From Candidatus Hodarchaeota archaeon (GTDB taxonomy: Archaea > Asgardarchaeota > Heimdallarchaeia > Hodarchaeales > Hodarchaeaceae): DNA of 23,482 bases. Under the pieces are notes generated by a model. The model searched no databases, was not told where the DNA came from, and saw nothing but the letters and a program-made list of their open reading frames with translations. The translations under genes were made by a program, and so were the position numbers. This document shows positions 17,596 to 23,482 of the stretch, one piece after another (the stretch's first letter is position 1; each line of letters begins with the position of its first letter). The stretch spans positions 1 to 23,482 of the forward strand of contig JAEOTQ010000218.1 of NCBI GenBank assembly GCA_016839785.1, written 5' to 3'.

Positions 17596-18354
17596 TTAAA
17601 TGAGCATAGAAGCGTAAAGGAACAATAGTGCAATAAGTCCAGCAAAGATACATAGGTGGCCCATACCATCTATGCCTAACATTACACTCAAAGTCTTTTT
17701 ACCAGTTTTTTTATCCGATTCTATATCAGCAATGTCTTGATAGGGCACCAAAGCGAAAACAAGAAGAAAAATGAAGATAGAATAGAGAATTACTGATGAA
17801 TTGATCATCCAATTTTGAGAAAGATAAACCCAGTAGAAAGCTGCGAGATAAGACATAGTAGTAAAAATTTCATGACCCAGAGGTATTTCTTCTGTAAGGA
17901 AATTTACAAAGGTTATAACTATGAGTATTGGAATTCCGATTAAGAACAAACTTAATTGGTCATGATCGAGAAATAAAAGAGTTGCCTGTAAAATCCCTGT
18001 TAAAATAGCGAAGACAGTTATTATACGACCTGCATTGCGTACGGTACTTTCTGTCAATATACCATCACGAATAATCCCCATACCCCCAATGACTTCATCA
18101 TATCCCGAAGCCCAATCTCCTGCCTCATCTCGATAGTGTACTCCAATAGCTGAAATAAGTGTAGCAAAAATCGCAAATACGGCATGGAATAAATTAAGGG
18201 TTAATTCTTGAATTAATCCCTGCACCAGAGCCCCTAACGCAATAATAAGATATGCAATCAAAAATTGAGGACGAGTAAGCTTAATAAATCCTAAAACCTT
18301 TGAAGCTGGTAAAGTTTGTTGTTCATTTGTTTTATTCATTGTAGTTTCTGTCAT
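17596..18354 (-). CDS. UbiA-superfamily prenyltransferase (MenA-like motifs)
   Basis: IKLTRP, a first Asp-rich motif RDEAGDWASGYD, a second QDIADIESDKKTGKKTL, and multiple TM segments. Confidence 0.85.
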   Translation of the reverse strand: MTETTMNKTNEQQTLPASKVLGFIKLTRPQFLIAYLIIALGALVQGLIQELTLNLFHAVFAIFATLISAIGVHYRDEAGDWASGYDEVIGGMGIIRDGILTESTVRNAGRIITVFAILTGILQATLLFLDHDQLSLFLIGIPILIVITFVNFLTEEIPLGHEIFTTMSYLAAFYWVYLSQNWMINSSVILYSIFIFLLVFALVPYQDIADIESDKKTGKKTLSVMLGIDGMGHLCIFAGLIALLFLYASMLI

Positions 18355-18543
18355 AATTAGAACCTTCTACCTAAATATGTATTTACCCTCATTTGAAAAG
18401 CACAGAATAAATCAAATGAGAACATCTTGTGAATTACTTAATAACTAATTTACATACTTTTGTTCGATTAATCGTAGAAAAAGAATTAATTGACAAGGTC
18501 ATCGTTGAACAGTAACTCATATTAATTAATAGAGTGGTAATTT

Positions 18544-19224
18544 GTGACTCTTCCTAATTCTATACCAGCATATTCTGAAAAACAAGAAGGAATACGTTTT
18601 GATCTCCACCATTTAGAAGAAAAATTAATGATTAGCCCACTGAAAAAATTAATGTTCAAATATTTTGAATTCAAGATTTTTAAACGCCTTCTACATTCGC
18701 TTAACATCGATTTATATGGAAAAAAAATCCTTGAAGGAGGGTGTGGAGCAGGATATGGTATAGAAGCGATTTCAAATCACTTCAAACCAAGCGAGTATGT
18801 TGCGTTTGATCTAAATATGGGAATGGTTCGTCGATCCCAGACCAAAATAAAGCATAAAGGACTCTCTGTTAATGTTTTTCAAGGAGATGTCACAGCAATT
18901 AACTTACCTTCTGAAAAATTTGATGCGGTGTTTATATTTACAGTTTTACATCATGAGAAGAATTGGAGAAAAGCATTGAAAGAAATAAATCGCGTTTTAA
19001 AACCTAACGGGTTACTCTTGATCAATGAAATAAATAATCGCTCATTAAATTGGTTTGAACGATATCTGAAGGTATATCATCCGAAATCAGCTCGATTCAC
19101 ATGGGAAATGTTCAGGAATGAGCTCAATCAGGCGGAGTTTACGATTTTACGAGAGTATTTATTCCTTCAAGATTTTGGTTTCTTTGTAGGACGTAAAAAT
19201 TCACTTGAGAAAAAATTCAAGTAA
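18544..19224 (+). CDS. Class I SAM-dependent methyltransferase (Methyltransf_11/UbiE-like)
   Basis: ILEGGCGAG, AFDL, QGDVTAINLPSEKFDAV, LHH and EINRVLKPNG. Confidence 0.92.
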   Translation: MTLPNSIPAYSEKQEGIRFDLHHLEEKLMISPLKKLMFKYFEFKIFKRLLHSLNIDLYGKKILEGGCGAGYGIEAISNHFKPSEYVAFDLNMGMVRRSQTKIKHKGLSVNVFQGDVTAINLPSEKFDAVFIFTVLHHEKNWRKALKEINRVLKPNGLLLINEINNRSLNWFERYLKVYHPKSARFTWEMFRNELNQAEFTILREYLFLQDFGFFVGRKNSLEKKFK

Positions 19225-19231
19225 TTGTTAA

Positions 19232-19534
19232 TCATTCCTTCTTTTTACTCCAATCAGAATTTTCAGGCCATTGATGGTCTGCTTCTAGTGTTTCAATCTC
19301 GAATATAATCCCTGTTTTGGAAGGACAATGAATTTTCCAAACACCATCTGTTTCCCAAGAGCGAGACCCTCCGGCTGCCATACTTAAATAGGGAATTAGA
19401 ACATAATGCGCATCATCGCATAAAATTGTTTTTCCAGTTGGTTTCATAAGGGCATAAGGAGTTTCCCAAGATTCACCTACCTTATGAGGGCAACTTCCTA
19501 GTTTTTGAACTACACGGACTCGGAGATGTTTCAT
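19232..19534 (-). CDS. Small Cys-containing protein, TIGR04076-like
   Basis: The pattern VRVV..GSCPHKVGE...LCDDAH..LIP....GG...IHCP...IIFEIE matches the three-Cys layout as I recall it for this family. Confidence 0.7.
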   Translation of the reverse strand: MKHLRVRVVQKLGSCPHKVGESWETPYALMKPTGKTILCDDAHYVLIPYLSMAAGGSRSWETDGVWKIHCPSKTGIIFEIETLEADHQWPENSDWSKKKE

Positions 19535-19587
19535 GATATCACACCAACAAAGGCATTATTTTGATCTTTCGGATTTCGATACAGAAT

Positions 19588-20133
19588 TTATGTTTGAACT
19601 TTGATAAATGCTCCCTCTTTCAAGAATCGGGATGCCATTTCAACATACTTCTTTTTGAATCTTAAAAGTTCTTCTTTAACCGCCTGTTTTGAGCTATCAT
19701 GAATATTACCAATAATTTTTGCAGAGACGCCAACACCAATAGCCCCTGGTTCAAATTCTTGTCGCTGTCTTGCTAAACCAGCTTCGCCTAAAACAGACTA
19801 TTCTTTCATAACTACATAATCGGATACAACAGCACCCATTCCCACTACGACATAATCTTCAAGTGTCGCATTATGGATAATGCATCCATGTCCAAGGGTT
19901 ACATGATTTCCAATAGAAGCTTCTTCATCCGGTCTAGCGTGAATAATTACATTTTCTTGAATCGAACACCCATCACCAACGCGTACTTTGCCATAATCAC
20001 CCTTTATTCGCGCGCCTGGTCCAATGTAACAGTTCTTACCGATGATTACATCTCCTATTACATCGGCACTTGGGACTACCCATGTTCCCTCTCCAATTTC
20101 AGGCCTCTTACCTTCAAATTCCCATAATGCCAT
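19588..20133 (-). pseudogene. Gamma-carbonic anhydrase-like (YrdA/CaiE/PaaY) gene interrupted by an in-frame TAG at 19798-19800
   Basis: Hexapeptide repeats and the three metal His (IIHAR, GHGCIIH) are present. The frame continues 69 codons past the TAG (SVLGEAGLARQRQEFEPGAIGVGVSAKIIG...KVQT) to TAA at 19588, giving a normal 181-codon length. Confidence 0.8.
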
Positions 20134-20277
20134 GAAAATTACTATAGGAAGGGTTAAGTAAAGAATTTTGCTTCGTTTTCAGTAATTCTCATTGACCCCA
20201 GTTGTTAATGATTGGAACAATCAGATTCCTGGAGCTTTAATAGGTAAACCTCTGAACACAATTCAAAGAAAAACTGA

Positions 20278-21135
20278 TTGACGATGTATTTTTCTCAAGA
20301 AATAACCAAAAATCTACGTGAAAAACGTCCCTTTCTATTATTACTCTTTGGAATATGGATTCTATTAGCACTGGTATTTATTTTCTTTGATCTGCAAATA
20401 TCAATAGTCCTAGTAGATTATAATTCTCATTGGGCTAAATTTGTTGCATTGTATGGAGAAGTTCCTGGCCATATTGTCATAAGTATCAGTATATTCATTC
20501 TGTTTGCTAATGGAGTAAGAAATACCAAATGGTTGGATAATCTAGTCAGGATAATTGTTTTGATTATAAATTCGGTCTTGATCGTCAATATTTTATATGC
20601 ACTTTTTCCACACATCGCAGATGAAGCGGGAGAGGTTATGGTAATGACTGGAATGGTCATGATCTGTCAACTTGTGGCAGTTATACAACTAAAGAAAGCG
20701 GATCTCAATCCTGGAAGAAAACACATTGATTTCGCAAAAATCTCCCTTCTTCTTGCAATCATCAATCCGCTTATATTCGTGCAGACAATCAAAATTATAT
20801 GGGGTAGAACGAGGTTTCGTGACCTAACAGGGGATTATTATGACTATACACCGTGGTTTATTCCCCAAGGAGTAACAGGACATAAATCATTTCCATCAGG
20901 ACACACTGCAATGGGTTGGATGGTCTTACCAATTCTATTGCTTTTACCCAAGATTGGAAAGAGACGTTGGATTGTCCAAGGAATGATTTTTTTGTGGGGA
21001 TTATTCGTGGCAGTTGGCCGGATCGTTATAGGAGCCCATTATGCTTCAGATGCGTTGTTCTCGACTGGAATAGCATTTACAGCTTACATATATCTAATAA
21101 GCGAACGAAAACAAGACAATTCTCAAAAAAATTAA
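20278..21135 (+). CDS. PAP2-family membrane phosphatase
   Basis: KIIWGRTRF, SFPSGH and GRIVIGAHYASD catalytic motifs with multiple TM segments. ATG 20284 is a possible start. Confidence 0.92.
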   Translation: MTMYFSQEITKNLREKRPFLLLLFGIWILLALVFIFFDLQISIVLVDYNSHWAKFVALYGEVPGHIVISISIFILFANGVRNTKWLDNLVRIIVLIINSVLIVNILYALFPHIADEAGEVMVMTGMVMICQLVAVIQLKKADLNPGRKHIDFAKISLLLAIINPLIFVQTIKIIWGRTRFRDLTGDYYDYTPWFIPQGVTGHKSFPSGHTAMGWMVLPILLLLPKIGKRRWIVQGMIFLWGLFVAVGRIVIGAHYASDALFSTGIAFTAYIYLISERKQDNSQKN

Positions 21136-21965
21136 GAAAAGAATTCTTGAAGTGTCATTTGACGTTTTAAATATTTATTTGAGCGTTCAAATCCACTAAC
21201 ATCAAGTTTTTCAGAAGTAAGCGATTTGTGCAGCGTTATTGCATCGTTAATAGCATATCCCGAAAAACGATTGTTGATTAGTACGAAAATAGTGTCGTAG
21301 GAATTCGATTTTTGCACAATCCTGGTCACCCACTCGTTTAAAGCACTTTTTTTATCTAAGAAGACATGTCCAAGTTTTTCGTTCGGAATTAGCTTACGAT
21401 CGCCAAGAAGACGAATATAGTGGAAATCACGATTTTTAATGAGGAATTCATTAGGAAGAAGGAATCTAGTAGTCTCTGCAAGAGCAATTTTACTTGAATT
21501 CAAATAATCACTAAATTCTGGGACTAGCCAAGATTCATCCCGAATTTCCACAACAATATGACCATCAAACTGAGAAACACATTCGTCCAGAATAGCAGTT
21601 AAGAATTTAAAAGATTCTGGTGAATACTTCAACCATGGTGGAAATTGAGCAAGAGTGACTTTGAATTTTTCTTCTAACCCCATTTTTAGTCGAGTATAAA
21701 ACTGCTTTATTATGTCTGGTTTGATTTTGCGTTTAGATGCATGTGTAATATCTCGTGTGAGCTTAGCAGAAAAGATAAAATTATCAGGGGTGTAATAATA
21801 CCAGCCTCTCACCATAGTTTCAGAGGGGATCCGATAAAAAGTTGAATTGACTTCGTTTAACAGAGAATATTGGGCATAGAACTCTAATTCACTAGCAATA
21901 TCAGAAGGGTAGAAGGGGCCACGCCAATGATTATACGCCCAGCCAGCACACCCAAGATATATCAT
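21132..21965 (-). CDS. DUF72 (YecE-like) protein
   Basis: YLGCAGWAY..W..PFYP, EVNSTFYRIP, FSAKL...ITH, QFPP, VEIRD.SW, YIRLLG and NN. Confidence 0.93.
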   Translation of the reverse strand: MIYLGCAGWAYNHWRGPFYPSDIASELEFYAQYSLLNEVNSTFYRIPSETMVRGWYYYTPDNFIFSAKLTRDITHASKRKIKPDIIKQFYTRLKMGLEEKFKVTLAQFPPWLKYSPESFKFLTAILDECVSQFDGHIVVEIRDESWLVPEFSDYLNSSKIALAETTRFLLPNEFLIKNRDFHYIRLLGDRKLIPNEKLGHVFLDKKSALNEWVTRIVQKSNSYDTIFVLINNRFSGYAINDAITLHKSLTSEKLDVSGFERSNKYLKRQMTLQEFFS

Positions 21966-22002
21966 TTGCGAATAATTGAGATTTTCATCTTAATATAAGT
22001 TA

Positions 22003-22569
22003 TTATTCCCCCTTTTTTGAATCCCAATCAGCAAGGGAAAGAAATTTATCAATCTCTGCAAACGGAATGTGATCTCCAATATTCTTTCCATAATAGGACT
22101 TAACAATAATGGAATCACGAATTAAAAAATCAGCAGGTATTAATGTATACTTATTCTCCATTTTACCCAGCCAGTACCCTTTTCTAAACGCCTTGATAAA
22201 TCGGTGTAAGCGAATGGACCCTTTTATATATCCCCAACGGGATGAGGCGACTCCATATTTTCGATAGATTGCATGAGTTGGATCCGCGATAATTGGAAAG
22301 GGAACTTTGTGCTTGGCAGTGACATATTTTTGAATACTCTCCAGAGGTGATTGGAAAAAGGCAATCACCACCAAACCTGCGTTATCATAGACTGGAAATT
22401 TCTGAATTAACTCATTTAAACGAATATTACACAATGGACAAGAAGCATATCTATAGAAACTTAATAGAATAGGACGATCGGTAAAATTGCTTAATATTAT
22501 TTGATTTCCTAAAATATCCTCTACCGAAAAGTCAATAGCTGCTTGGCCATCACGAAGTTTAGTCATCAC
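22003..22569 (-). CDS. AhpC/TSA-like redoxin (thioredoxin fold, CxxC)
   Basis: AIDFSVEDILG, LSFYRYASCPLCN, PFPIIADP...IYRKYGV and IPADFLI. Confidence 0.88.
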   Translation of the reverse strand: MMTKLRDGQAAIDFSVEDILGNQIILSNFTDRPILLSFYRYASCPLCNIRLNELIQKFPVYDNAGLVVIAFFQSPLESIQKYVTAKHKVPFPIIADPTHAIYRKYGVASSRWGYIKGSIRLHRFIKAFRKGYWLGKMENKYTLIPADFLIRDSIIVKSYYGKNIGDHIPFAEIDKFLSLADWDSKKGE

Positions 22570-22666
22570 TACTCAGTGATTAAATTGATGAGCAGTGAAA
22601 TAAAGTAATGGACGAAATATTCGAAGAGCAATCGGAGGAAAAGGGTGCTCTAGAGGAATCATTCCT

Positions 22667-23482
22667 TTATAATGCTATAGAAAACTTCTCTTCTGCATAC
22701 CAAGGATTCTTAACGAGAAATTGATGAAAATTGTCCATTGACTCAGATAATGTGGATTCTGGATAGAACCCATGAGCCAAAATCTTTGAATTATCAATCC
22801 ACACTTCTTGACCTAACTTCTCAAATAAAATTGGTAGAAATAATGAATTCTCTTTGGATTTTTTAAAAGTACGAATGAGTTTAGATAAATAGAAAAGTGG
22901 TTTGAAAAATCCTAATGGAATTGATAAAATTTTTACTTCTTGACGATTCAAGACATGCCCCAGTTCAACTATAAACTCACGAAGCGTCGGTGTAAAGCTA
23001 ACAAGGTTAAATGCTTCTCCATTGCCAATATGAAAATTGCTAAAATGAATTAAAGCTTTTACGACATCTTGAACATCGACCAGACTAATTTTTTCAGACC
23101 CTCCTCCTGGTAAGGGAACATACCGACCGAAAAACATTCTAGCGAAGATATCCGAGGTAACTCCTCGGCCTCCTACAACTCCTGAAGGACGTAATAACGT
23201 AATCAGGCGATCTGGATGGTTCTTTGAATAGTTCCATACATACTGCTCACTTAGACTCTTTGTAAGTTCATAGCTTTTTCTTTGTTTACAATCTATTGGC
23301 TGTTCTTCGGTTACCCCATGTCCATTGGAGTGATGCAGAACTCCGTAAACTGCGATTGAGGAAACAAGTACAAGTTTTTTAATTCTATTAACATGGAATC
23401 CATGGAGGATTCGAGTTGTACCGACCACATTCGTATCGTATAAGAGGGGATAGGGTTGGTAGAAATTAAATATTGCTCCACA
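22667..23482 (-). CDS. NAD-dependent epimerase/dehydratase (extended SDR), 5'-truncated by window edge
   Basis: NVVGT, VSSIAVYG, YELTK (YxxxK), LRPSGVVG and VDVQDV. The frame stays open from 23428 to the window end (CGAIFNFYQPYPLLYDTN). Confidence 0.9.
   Translation of the reverse strand, partial: CGAIFNFYQPYPLLYDTNVVGTTRILHGFHVNRIKKLVLVSSIAVYGVLHHSNGHGVTEEQPIDCKQRKSYELTKSLSEQYVWNYSKNHPDRLITLLRPSGVVGGRGVTSDIFARMFFGRYVPLPGGGSEKISLVDVQDVVKALIHFSNFHIGNGEAFNLVSFTPTLREFIVELGHVLNRQEVKILSIPLGFFKPLFYLSKLIRTFKKSKENSLFLPILFEKLGQEVWIDNSKILAHGFYPESTLSESMDNFHQFLVKNPWYAEEKFSIAL

Noticed and set aside
19798-19800. Genome-wide TAG reassignment
   Set aside because: At least eight genes here end at TAG (4295, 6751, 8412, 10167, 10181, 14276, 14305, 17025), several at family-typical lengths and abutting convergent neighbours.
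21132-21135. 4-bp overlap of the convergent PAP2 and DUF72 stops
   Set aside because: A shared TTAA is common in compact genomes.

Overview
AT-rich, gene-dense archaeal chromosomal segment. An Asgard/Heimdallarchaeia-like origin is inferred from a roadblock/LC7 protein, an archaeal-type Lhr with COG2413/COG1407 neighbours and a eukaryote/archaeal-type IleRS. Left to right it holds: a partial alaS (bacterial-style short type, missing from the ORF track) and ileS with a structured leader; a hypothetical gene; roadblock plus inositol monophosphatase; an ArsR-type regulator; small hypotheticals; a nucleotidyltransferase-metallophosphoesterase-Lhr helicase cluster; two divergent, motif-eroded NadE (NAD synthetase)-like paralogs flanking an ArsB/NhaD-type transporter; OsmC; a UbiA/MenA-like prenyltransferase; a SAM methyltransferase; a TIGR04076-like protein; a gamma-carbonic-anhydrase-like gene split by one in-frame TAG; PAP2; DUF72; a redoxin; and a partial NAD-dependent epimerase. 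No CRISPR, rRNA, tRNA or mobile element was seen. The best novelty candidate is the NadE-like pair plus transporter module and its structured intergenic DNA. All family calls rest on motif recognition by eye; no database search was run.
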